Assembly: GCA_038087875.1 (NCBI GenBank)
Contig: JAXLNO010000332.1
Coordinates: forward strand, 62,001 to 90,351
DNA from: Malacoraja senta
Taxonomy: Eukaryota
Direction of reading: 5' to 3'
DNA: 28,351 bases
The notes beneath the pieces were generated by a model. It searched no databases. It was not told the origin of the DNA and saw only the letters and a list, made by a program, of their open reading frames with translations. This document shows positions 11,831 through 22,893 of the stretch, piece by piece (position 1 is the first letter of the stretch; every line of letters starts with the position of its first letter). A program made the translations under genes and the position numbers.

Positions 11831-13525
11831 ATGCTGCAGACAGATCAGATAGATCGAAGCAGAATAACAAGCAGAACAAAGAGCTGGGAAATAGCATACC
11901 CAGAAAATTGCAAAAGCAGAAATGCAAAAGATAAACATAAGGACAAAACCATCCAGGAAAACCCAGAGGTCCTTTACGCTGATTATGCCCAACATCAAGG
12001 GTGTAGGAAGAAGTGTAACCTCATCTTCTTCACTAAATACATCTCTCCATGGAAAGACACTCTGCTTGAAAATTACCCATATGTCAATAGTGAGGGTATT
12101 GGATATGGGGGCAGACTAAAAGTATGCAAAGATCAAAGCCTGGATAAAGATGATCCTAGCCTCACTATCTCATACTATAATAAAGGCAAGATCATGATAC
12201 AAGGAAACTCAGAAAACCTGGACTCTTTTTAAGGGATCTTTCCTCTGCTAAAAGAGAAAGTAAATGAAAAATGCATCAATACCCACCTGGATAACTATGA
12301 AGATGACAGCCCACTAGAGACAATTGCTGCCATGGCCATCTCTACCCCCCCTACACCTCATAATTCAAGCCGCCAGCTGAGAGAGAATCTGGCTCAGCTA
12401 GAACTCGAGTTCACGGAACTTAAACAAGCGCAGGGTAAGCAACTCTACCAGCTAAAGGAGGACTTCAATCAGATGAGGACCAAAAATGAGACTACCACCT
12501 CTGAGATGATGAGAGCCCTGGAAGAGTTGAAACAAGAGAACTGTACACTCCGGGCCCAATTAGCTGAAATAAAGGAGGAAATGAGTAAACAGGGAAAAGA
12601 ACCTATCAAGCAGCTCCAGAATGTCAGGGACAATCACCAAGAAATCCCAAAAAGGACAAATGAAATCACACAGATTCCAGCTGCTGCTCACTTCCCTATG
12701 GCTGCTCCGACCCCTCTGAGCTGCACTCAGCCCACCAATATACCATTAATGGACACCCCTTCTGGTACACAGCTTGCCCCAGGTACACAGTCAACAGGCA
12801 ACCCTCGCCCTAGCTTCACCCAACCTCCTGCCCCCCAGGTGGTCCTACTCACTGATTCCAACGGGAGGTTTCTGGACCCCCAGAGGCTGTTCCCAGGTCT
12901 CCAGGTATTGGTTAAAACGTGCAGCACCACAGACCATGCAATGAAGGTCCTGAGCAAAGACACCATCGGGAGCCCTCAACACATTGTGATCCATACAGGC
13001 ACGAATGATTTGCGCACCTTACGTCATCGTACTGCTGGGGCAATAACAAGGATGGCAGAAAAGGCCAGCAAGGAATTCCCTGATTCGAGGATCGTGATCT
13101 CTACCCTGCTGCCCAGGACGGATACCTCACCCCATGTGATTCACGATGCCAACATAGACATCAGCAGAGGATGTGCCGCCCTCCCTAATGTCAAATTGGC
13201 CCACCACCCGACCATCGGTACATGGGACCTCCATGATGGAATACATCTAAACAGACAGGGGGTGAGGGTCTTTGCAAAGAACCTCAAATATACTGCCCTG
13301 GGACGTAACCTTCCCTCCCCCACGATCAACGGGAACCCAAGGGGCCAATCTGGATTCCCTTCCCCCCACCATGTCAGGACAACCCGCCAAACTGCGAGGC
13401 GACATAACAGCCCAGCCAGGGCCGCCACTGCCCCCGGCTCATTCCAGCCACAGCCGCGGACCAACTCGGAGATGGGAGAGATCAGGCAGCTGCTGCACAC
13501 CCTTTGTTCCCACCTCCTATGGTAA
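11831..13525 (+). pseudogene. LINE ORF1: coiled coil, Pro-rich linker and SGNH/GDSL esterase domain; one in-frame TAA at 12230-12232
   Basis: ORFs 11831..12232 and 12332..13525 are in the same frame and open between the stop and the next ATG. SGNH blocks are VVLLTDSNG, VIHTGTNDL and DGIHLN. The heptad-like segment is LRENLAQLELEFTELK. The start codon is uncertain. Confidence 0.85.
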
Positions 13526-13575
13526 CAAAGGACACAAATATATAAACAGTCCCTTCCGAGTGACTGATAAAAACA

Positions 13576-13673
13576 GCACTGAATTAGTACTGTTGATATT
13601 GTTGATATGTTTGCACTGAATTAGTACTGTTGATATTGTTGATATTGCTATTAATACTGTTGATATTGCTATT
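13576..13673 (+). repeat. 37-bp-period tandem duplication with ttgatat sub-repeats in the inter-ORF spacer
   Basis: gcactgaattagtactgttgatattgttgatat occurs at 13576 and 13613, followed by a partial third copy. Confidence 0.85.
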
Positions 13674-13844
13674 ATTAACATAGTTATTATTACTAGGTGG
13701 CAGTACGAGTCTGCCTTACCATAGCATACAAAACTTTAACTAACGTTCCCCAATTATAGAAAAAATATATATATAGTGTTTTCGCACCTGTCCCGCAAAA
13801 TAGGTTTTATTTAAACTAAAGAAAAGAATATAAATAGAAAATAA

Positions 13845-16800
13845 ATGAGTTCATTTCATATAGGCTGCTGGAATATCCAGGGTCTCTACTCTTCAACCTT
13901 CGGGATGAAGACTGGGAACCCTGAGTTCCTAAAGTCTATAGAAGACACTGATATAATGATATGAACGGAAACATGGTACCGAAAGGATACGTTCATTCAC
14001 TGCCCCTCAGGGTACCATGAAGTCATGGTGCCCTCAGTAAAAACTACTGATATACGTAAGGGCAGAACCTCTGGGGGGGGGGGGGTCTTGGTGTGGTACA
14101 AAGAAGAACTAGACAGTCACATTACATCAATAAAACAGGGGAAATCACATATATGGTTGAAACTAGATAAAACAATTGGAATAACTGGAAAAGATATATA
14201 TCTATGTGCCGCCTACATACCCCCAATAGAATCACCATATTTTGAAGAGGATATATTTGAAACTCTCCACATGGAAATCAATCATTTCCAGGCCCAGGGA
14301 AATGTGCTACTATGTGGGGACCTGAATGCAAGGACCGGATGTGAACCCGATTCCATAGACCCACAGGGCAACAACCATGTGTTCGGTCAAACCCCATTGT
14401 ATGTCACACCAACTATCATTAACCGGAACAACCTGGACTGTGAAATAACTAAAAGCGTTAGAGAGGTAGTGCATCTCTGCCGAGCCTTGGGCCTGTACAT
14501 AGTTAATGGTAGGCTCAGAGGGGACTCGATGGGAAGGTTTACATATTCCTCATCTCTTGGGTCTAGCGTGGTAGACTACGCAATTACTGACATAGACCCC
14601 TGCACTATCAGTGCCTTCACTGTTAGACAGCAGTCCCCTCTTTTAGACCATAGTCAAATCAATGTGTACCTAAAATTTCCTGTTCAAACTAAAGACGTAA
14701 AAAAGGAACCAAGTAAGCTGTATAAACTAAATCAGACTTACAGATGGGCTTCAGACAGTGGAGATAAATTCATCGTGGCCCTGAATTCACCTGATCTCAC
14801 AAATAAAATATTGAAATTCAAGACAAACCCATATGAGACTACTAGAGATGGTGTAAACATGGCTATAAAGGACATTAATATGATCTTTCACAAGGCAGCT
14901 ATTAAATCTGACCTTGTGAAACAGAAGAGAAAAATTATCAAAAAAAACAACCATGAAAAATGGTTCGACTACGAGTGTAAGAATGTCAGAAAAGATCTGA
15001 GGAAAATATCGAACCAAAAACACCGTCAACCAAACAATCCAGACTTACGCATTAGATATAATGAAACTCTTAAAAGGTATAAACACACGATTAGGAACAA
15101 AAGACAAAATCACACTCACAAAAGACTTGAAGAAATTGAAAATTCCATAAATCAAAACCAATTTTGGGATATGTGGAATAACATGAGCACAACAAAACTA
15201 CAAATATTACCAATTCAAGACGGTGATATCTGGAGAGCACACTTCAAAAATCTATATAAAGACATCCCAATAAATAAAATAAACTCAAATCACTCTCATA
15301 TCAAAGAAAAACCCCAAACACTAGAAATAGTAATCAAAGATTATCAAAACCCCCTTGATTTCCCAATTACTTTGGAAGAACTGACCTTAAAAATAAAATC
15401 TCTTCACTCAAAGAAAGCCTGTGGTCCAGATAGCATTAAAAATGAAATGCTCAAATACAGCACTCCGGAGATGCAGGACATAGTACTTAGGCTGTTCAAC
15501 ATCATACTACGTTCAGGTTATTTCCCTGATATTTGGTGCCAAGGGCTTATTTCACCCATTTATAAGAGTGGAAACAAACTAGACCCAAATAACTACCGCG
15601 GCATCTGTGTCAGTAGCTGCCTAGGGAAGTTATTCTGCAGTATCATAAATAACAGAATGCAGGATTTCCTTAACAAACACAACATTCTCAGTAAAAACCA
15701 AATTGGCTTCCTCCCAAAACATCGTACCACTGACCACATTTACACCCTCCACACTCTCATTGAAAAACATGTACACCAAACAAAAAATGGAAAAATATTT
15801 GCCTGTTTTATTGACTTTGAGAAAGCATTTGACTCTATTTGGCATGAAGGGCTCTACTACAAACTCCTCTGTTGTGGTATAGGAGGAAAGGTATATGACC
15901 TTATCAAATCAATGTATCTGAATAATAAATGTGGCGTTAAAATTGGGGACAAACGCACTGATCTCTTCACCCAGAGAAGAGGCGTCCGGCAAGGCTGCAA
16001 TCTGAGCCCGACACTGTTTAATTTATATATAAACGATTTGGCAATAAAGCTGGACCAGAGCACTACGCCGCGCCTCTGTCTCCTGGACGGAGAGGTAAAA
16101 TCTCTGTTTTATGCGGATGACTTGGTTCTGCTGTCCCCCACAGAACAGGGACTGCAGCAACAGTTGGACCTACTTGATGAGTACTGCCAAAATTGGGCCC
16201 TGGCAGTATATCTAAAGAAAACCAATATCATGATTTTCCAGAAAAAACCCAGATGTCAGGAAGATAAGTACAAATTTACTCTCAATGGTGTTATTATCGA
16301 ACACACTATGAGCTATACTTACCTTGGTCTAACTGTTGCAGCATCAGGGAGCTTCAATATGGCAGTGAATGCACTAAAAGAGAAAGCCCGAAGAGCTCTG
16401 TATGCAAAAAAAAGAAGATTCTACAACATCCAAATTCCCATTAAAATCTGGCTTAAAATATTTGACAGTGTAATCCAGCCTATTGCGCTTTATGGTAGTG
16501 AAGTATGGGGGCCGCTCAGTCACCATATTTATAGTAAATGGGAAAAACATACAACGGAGGCCCTGCATGCGGAATTTTGTCGGAACTTCCTCCGCATCCA
16601 AAGGAAAACACCAACAAACGCATGTAGGGCAGAATTAGGCAGATACCCACTGATAATAAATATCCAGAAAAGAGCACTACATTTTTGGAATCACCTTAAA
16701 TCTAGCCCACCAGATACCCTCCAGTTTAAAGCCCATAAAACACAAGAGGGGAGCCCAGAAAAGAGTTCCCTGTGTCAGTTGGTACGGAGACGAACTACCC

Positions 16801-17351
16801 CCATTCAATTAAACCCTATCCAGTTAAATCCTAACCAGCCTCAGATCAATACATATCCCCAATCACCAGTTAGAGTGAACCAAATTATCAAACAATGTAA
16901 AGAAACATATTTGGAACATTGGGATAAAGAAACCATAAACCAAAGCAGATTAGAATGCTACCGTGCCCTAAAAAGAGATTATAAATTGGCAGACTATCTC
17001 TCAACTGTTAGAGACATAAAACAGAGACAGACCCTCACCAAATACAGGCTAAGTGACCACTATTTGGCAGTTCAAAAAGGAAGACAGAAGAGATTCTGGC
17101 AACCAAGAGAAAACAGAATATGTGGCCACTGTTTGACAGATGAGGTTGAAACAGAGGTGCACTTCCTCCTAAAATGCAAAAATTTTGACAAAACAAGGAA
17201 AACATACTTTGACAAACTCAGTCAGGCAACCCCTGACTTTAAGGAACTAGACGATACATCAAAACTAAGAATAATCCTTGGTGAAGGAAATACGGCACAT
17301 CTTGGTGCCCAATACGTAACAGCATGCTTTAACCTGAGAGACGGTGAATGA
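13845..17351 (+). pseudogene. LINE ORF2: APE endonuclease, reverse transcriptase and C-terminal CCHC finger; one TGA at codon 40 (13962-13964), otherwise open
   Basis: ATG 13845 reads MSSFHIGCWNIQG...DIMI*TETW in frame with the 1108-aa ORF 14025..17351. Motifs include GDLNAR, FTY, VVDY, DH, NYRGI, QIGF, DFEKAFD, GVRQGCNLSP, YADD, YLG and RICGHC..HFLLKC. Confidence 0.95.
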
Positions 17352-17636
17352 CCAATATGCACATATGTACGCACACACTAATTGACATTAACTGACACTA
17401 AGAAATTAATATTGAATTGCTAAATTAGCTATCCTGTTGTACTGCTTACAGCTGCAAGAACGTGTCGCAATCAATAAAAGGCTATAGGCCTCTTGCGAGT
17501 TTATGTACAGGAACATATCTATCTATGCACTGTATACTTGTATTTATACTTATGCATCTTAAATATGTATGTCATGTTTCATACTTTGGCAATATAACAA
17601 TGTTTTTTGTATCATGCCAATAAAGTTTTAAATTGA

Positions 17637-17777
17637 CAGAGAGAGACATAGAGAGAGAGAGACAGAGAGAGAGACAGAGACAGAGAGAGACAGAGAGAGA
17701 CAGAGAGACAGAGAGAGACAGAGAGACAGAGAGAGAGACAGAGACAGAGAGAGACAGAGAAAGAGACAGAGAAAGAC

Positions 17778-17808
<31 letters not shown>

Positions 17809-18084
17809 CAGAGAGAGAGAGAGTGAGAGAGACAGAGACAGAGTCCGAGAGAGAGAGAGAGGGAGAGGAAGAGGGAGAGAGAGATAGAGAGAGAGATAGT
17901 GAGAGAGACAGCGAGAGAGATAGTGAGAGGGATAGTGAGAGATAGTGAGACAGAGATAGAGAGAGAGAGATAGAGAGACATAGAGAGAGACATACAGAGA
18001 GATAGAGATACAGAGATAGAGAGAGACAGAGAGAGAGACAGTGAGAGACAGAGCGAGAGACAGAGTCAGAGACAGAGAGAGACA

Positions 18085-18121
<37 letters not shown>

Positions 18122-18586
18122 TCAGAGACAGAGAGAGACAGAGAGAGAGAGAGAGACAGAGAGAGAGACAGAGAGAGAGACAGAGAGAGACATAGAGAGA
18201 GACATAGAGAGAGAGAGACAGAGACAGACACACAGAGAGAGACAGAGAGACAGAGAGAGACAGAGAGAGAGAGAGACAGAGAGAGAGAGACAGAGAGAGA
18301 GAGACAGAGAGAGACAGAGAGAGAGAGACACACAGATAGAGTGAGAGACAGAGAGACAGAGAGAGGCAGAGAGAGAGACAGACAGCGAGGCAGAGAGAGA
18401 CAGAGAAAGGCACAGCGAGTCAGAGAGAGAGAGACAGAGAAAGACAGAGAGAGAGACAGACAGAGCGAGAGTAAGAGAGAGACAGAGAGAGAGAATGAGA
18501 GAGAGACAGAGAGAGAGGCTGTGTGAGAGAGAGAGAGACAGGGAGAGAGGCAGAGAGGGAGAGACAGAGAGAGAAGCAGAGCGAGT

Positions 18587-18618
<32 letters not shown>

Positions 18619-18713
18619 CAGAGAGAGACAGAGACAGAGAGAGACACAGAGAAAGAGACAGAGAGACAGAGAGAGACAGAGAGAGACAGGGAGAGAGATA
18701 TAGAGAGATAGAC

Positions 18714-18754
<41 letters not shown>

Positions 18755-18895
18755 ACAGAGAGAGAGAGTGAGAGAGACAGAGACAGAGAGAGTCAGAGAG
18801 AGAGAGAGAGGGAGAGGAAGAGGGAGAGAGAGATAGAGAGAGAGATAGTGAGAGAGATAGTGAGAGAGATAGTGAGAGGGATAGTGAGAGATAGT

Positions 18896-18935
<40 letters not shown>

Positions 18936-19439
18936 GAGAGACAGAGCGAGACATAGAGAGAGAGAGACAGAGAGAGAGACATAGACAGAGAGAGATACAG
19001 AGAGAGACAGAGAGACAAAGAGAGACAGAGAGACAGAAAGAGAGACAGAGACAGAGAGAGACACGGAGAAATAGACAGAGAGAGACAGAGAGAGACAGAG
19101 AGACAGAGAGAGACAGAGATAGAGAGATAGACAGAGAGAGAGAGAGAGAGAGACAGAGAGAGTGAGAGACAGATAGACAGAGAGAGAGGCAGAGAGAGAG
19201 AGACAGACGGCGAGGCAGAGAGAGACAGAGAAAGACACAGCGAGTCAGAGAGATGGAGACAGAGAGGAACAGAGAGAGAGACAGACAGAGCGAGAGTAAG
19301 AGAGAGACAGAGAGAGAGAATGAGAGAGAAACAGAGAGAGAGGCTGTTTGAGAGAGAGAGAGACAGGGAGAGAGACAGAGAGAGAGAGACAGAGAGAGAG
19401 GCAGAGCGAGAGAGAGAGAGAGAGAGAGCGAGAGGGAGA

Positions 19440-19501
<62 letters not shown>

Positions 19502-19962
19502 GACAGACAGAGAGAGACAGAGAGAGAGAGAGACAGAGAGAGAGACAGAGAGAGAGACAGAGAGAGACATAGAGAGAGAGAGACAGAGAGAGAGACAGAG
19601 ACAGAGACATAGAGAGAGAGAGACAGAGAGAGACAGGGAGAGACAGAGAGAGAGAAAGTCACAGAGAGATAGAGACAGAGAGAGAGAGACAGAGAGAGAG
19701 AGACACACACAGAGAGAGTGAGAGACAGAGAGACAGAGAGAGAGGCAGAGAGAGAGAGAGACAGACAGCGAGGCAGAGAGAGACAGAGAAAGACACAGCG
19801 AGTCAGAGAGAGGGAGACAGAGAGAGACAGAGAGAGGGACAGACAGAGCGAGAGTAAGAGAGAGACAGAGAGAGAGAATGAGAGAGACAGAGAGAGAGGC
19901 TGTGTGAGAGAGAGAGACAGACAGACACAGAGAGAGACAGAGAGAGAGACAGACAGAGAGAG
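17637..19962 (+). repeat. Long complex GA satellite with internal higher-order repeats
   Basis: A recurring block cgaggcag..cacagcgagtcag..gagtaagag..gagaatgag..ggctgt occurs at about 18380, 19205 and 19765. Confidence 0.96.
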
Positions 19963-21100
19963 ACTGATAATAAATATCCAGAAAACAGCCCTAAACTTTT
20001 GGAATCACCTTAAATCTAGCCCACCAGATACCCTCCAGTTTAAAGCCCTTAAAACACAAGAGGGGAGCCCAGAAAAAGTGTTCCCTGTGTCAGTTGGTAC
20101 TGAGACTAACTACCCCCATTCAGTTATACCCTATCCAGTTAAATCCTGACCAGCCTCAGATCAGTACTGATCCCCAACCACCAGTTAGAGTGAACCAAAT
20201 TATCAAACAATATAAAGAAACGTATTTGGAACATTGGGATAAAGAAACCAAAAGCCAAAGCAGATTACAATGCTACCGTGCCCTAAAAAGAAATTATAAA
20301 TTGGCAGACTATCTCTCAAATATTATAGAAATAAAACAGAGACAGACCCTCACCAAATACAGCCTAAGTGACCACTATTTGGCAGTTGAAAAAGGAACAC
20401 AGAAGAGATTCTGGCAACCAAGAGAAAACAGAATATGCGGCCACTGTTTGACAGATGAGGTTGAAACAGAGGTGCACTTCCTCCTAAAATGCAAAAAAAT
20501 TGACAAAACAAGGAAAACATACTTTGACAAACACAGTATGGCAACCCCTGATTTTAAAGAACTGGAAGATACAACAAAACTAAGAATAATCCTTGGTGAA
20601 GGAAATGCGGCACATCTTGGTGCACAATACGTAACAGCATGCCATAACCTGAGTGACGGTGAATGACCAATATGCACATATGTACGCACACACTAATTGA
20701 CATTAACTGACACTAAGAAATGAATATTGAATTGCTAAACTTGCTATTGTGTTGTACTGCTTACAGCTGCAAGAACATGTAGAAATCAATAAAGGGCTAT
20801 AGGCCTCTTGCGAGTTTATGTACAGGGACATATCTATCTATGCCCATCTATCTTAGTCCCATGTTCCCCTCCCCTCTGTCTTACTGCTCTATTTTGTTTT
20901 GTTTATTCCTGACTCTCAATTGTAAAGCGAGTCCTGAAAAGCGCTATATAAATAAATCTATTATTATTATGCACTGTATACTTGTATTTAGACATGCATT
21001 TTAAATATGTATGTCATGTTTTATACTTTGGCAATATAACAATGTATTTTTATTATGCCAATAATTTTTTTAAATTGAAATTGAAATTGAATTGAATTGA
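19963..21100 (+). mobile_element. RTEX-like LINE, 5'-truncated (copy 4)
   Basis: Matches 16649 onward of copy 3. ORF 20094..20666 is the ORF2 C-terminus, followed by the 3' UTR and a ttgaaattgaaattgaattgaattga tail into GA. Confidence 0.95.
20844..20967 (+). mobile_element. L2-like 3' fragment inserted in the RTEX 3' UTR with a TATGC target-site duplication
   Basis: Absent from the other three UTR copies, which read tatgcactg or catgcactg. TATGC occurs at 20839-20843 and 20968-20972. The insert ends gtaaagcgagtcctgaaaagcgctatataaataaatc(tat)n. Confidence 0.8.
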
Positions 21101-21286
21101 GAGAGAGAGGGACAGAGAGAGAGACAGAGAGAGAGAGACAGAGAGAGAGAGACAGAGAGAGAGAGAGAAAGAGAGAGAGACAGAGAGAGAGACAGAGAGA
21201 GAGACAGGGAGCAAGAGAGAGACAGAGAGAGAGGGGTACAGAGAGAGAGAGATACAGAGAGAGAGAGGCAGAGATACAGAGAGACA

Positions 21287-21334
<48 letters not shown>

Positions 21335-21453
21335 CAGAGAGAGAGATATAGAGGGACATACAGAGGGACATACAGAGATAGAGATACAGAGAGATACAGA
21401 GACAGGCAGAGAGACAGAGATGACACAGAGACAGACAGAGAGAGAAAAACAGG

Positions 21454-21543
<90 letters not shown>

Positions 21544-21582
21544 CACAGAGAGAGAGAGAGAAACAGAGAGAGACAGAGACAG

Positions 21583-21619
<37 letters not shown>

Positions 21620-21737
21620 CAGAGAGAGAAAGACACACAGAGAGAGACACACAGAGAGCGAGACAGAGAGACAGAGAGAGAGAGAGGCAGAGATACAGCG
21701 AGACAGAGAGACAGAGAGAGAGAGAGAGAGGGAGACA
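21100..21737 (+). repeat. Complex GA satellite tract
   Basis: Direct reading; landmarks shared with 22454-22893. Confidence 0.96.
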
Positions 21738-22294
21738 GAAAAGGACGGGTTGCACTTGAACCCGAGGGGGGCCAATACCCTGGCGGGGAGATTTGCAAAG
21801 GCTACTGGGGAGACATTAAACTAGAACGGTTGGGGGAGAGAATCAAATAGAGAAAGCCAGTAGACGGGGGGTGAGGCAGGAGGCAGAGAAGGGAAGCACT
21901 CAGACCCAACATGTAGGGGGGAAAGAAGAAAAATAAAATAAACAGAGAATAAGAGGTGGTGGGTTTCTTAAATGTGTGAGCAGAGAGACAGAGGGGTGTA
22001 AAATGAGGGTAGAAGCAGCAGGTAGCAAGGTGAAAAGTAAAAGTGGTAGGCAGACAAATCCAGGGGGTAAATCAAAAATGGCCATTTTCAACATCATTGT
22101 ATAAGGGGTAAGAGTGTTGTAAAAACAAGCCTGAAGGCTTTGTGTCTCAATGCAAGGAGCATTCGTAATAAGGTGGATGAGTTGCATGTGCAGATAGCTA
22201 TTAATGGCTATGATAGAGTTGGGATCACGGAGACATGGCTCCAGGGTGACCAAGGCTGGGAGCTGAACATCCAGGGATATTCAATATTCAGGAG
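21735..22294 (+). mobile_element. CR1 LINE, 5' part (ORF1 esterase C-terminus and ORF2 start); continues at 23432
   Basis: KDGLHLNPRGANTLAGRFAKATGETLN* is followed by CLNARSIRNKVDEL..GITETW..GYSIFR. It breaks at attcaggag and resumes as aggagggatagacag at 23432. Confidence 0.9.
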
Positions 22295-22454
22295 TTTATG
22301 TACAGGGACATATCTATCTATGCACTGTATACTTGTATTTATACTTATGCATTTTAATTATGTATGTCATGTTTTATACTTTGGCAATATAACAATGTAT
22401 TTTTATCATGCCAATAATTATTTTTTAATTGAAATTGAAATTGAATTGAATTGA
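22292..22454 (+). mobile_element. RTEX-like 3' UTR terminal fragment (copy 5)
   Basis: gagtttatgtacagggacatatc...catgccaataa...(ttgaa)n matches the 3' ends of copies 2-4. Confidence 0.92.
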
Positions 22455-22523
22455 GAGAGAGAGAGGGACAGAGAGAGAGACAGAGAGAGAGAGACAGAGA
22501 GAGAGACAGAGAGAGAGAGAGAA

Positions 22524-22572
<49 letters not shown>

Positions 22573-22893
22573 AAGAGAGGGACAGAGAGAGAGGGGTACA
22601 GAGAGAGAGATACAGAGAGAGAGAGGCAGAGATACAGAGAGACAGAGAGAGAGAGAGTGTGAGAGAGAGAAAGAGACAGAGAGATATAGAGGGACATACA
22701 GAGGGACATACAGAGATAGAGATACAGAGAGATACAGAGACAGACAGAGAGACAGAGATGACACAGAGAGACAGAGAGAGAGACAGAGAGAGGGAGAAAC
22801 AGGGAGAAAGAGAGAGAGAGACACAGAGAGAGAGAGAGACAGGGAGAGACAGAGACAGAGACAGAAAGAGACAGAGAGAGACAGAGACAGAGA
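22454..22893 (+). repeat. Complex GA tract, paralogue of about 21100-21480
   Basis: Same ordered landmarks: gggacag, gcaagag, ggggtacag, gggacatacagagggacatacag, gagatgacac. Confidence 0.94.

Larger units (their letters stand above)
11198..17636 (+). mobile_element. Full-length (about 6.4 kb) APE-RT non-LTR retrotransposon, RTEX-like (copy 3)
   Basis: CpG-rich 5' UTR, esterase ORF1, AT-rich spacer, APE-RT-CCHC ORF2, 3' UTR with AATAAA (17619-17624) and a short attga tail, with GA satellite on both sides. The clade call is inferred from the esterase ORF1, the ORF2 C-terminal motif RLSDH-L-x3-GR...RIC-x2-C...E-E-HFLL-C and the short-repeat tail. Confidence 0.9.

Noticed and set aside
11342..11927. 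Minus-strand ORFs over the CpG-rich 5' UTR (ORF0-like)
   Set aside because: They are overlapping, partly low complexity and have no motifs, and a single copy gives no conservation evidence.
13576..13673. Repeat resembling a CRISPR repeat length
   Set aside because: There are only two near-adjacent copies with no real spacers, no cas genes and a eukaryotic LINE context.
14025..17351. Prokaryotic RT system (retron, group II intron, DGR) or telomere-maintaining element
   Set aside because: The APE-RT architecture, ORF1 and 3' tail identify a eukaryotic LINE, and no TTAGGG arrays are present.
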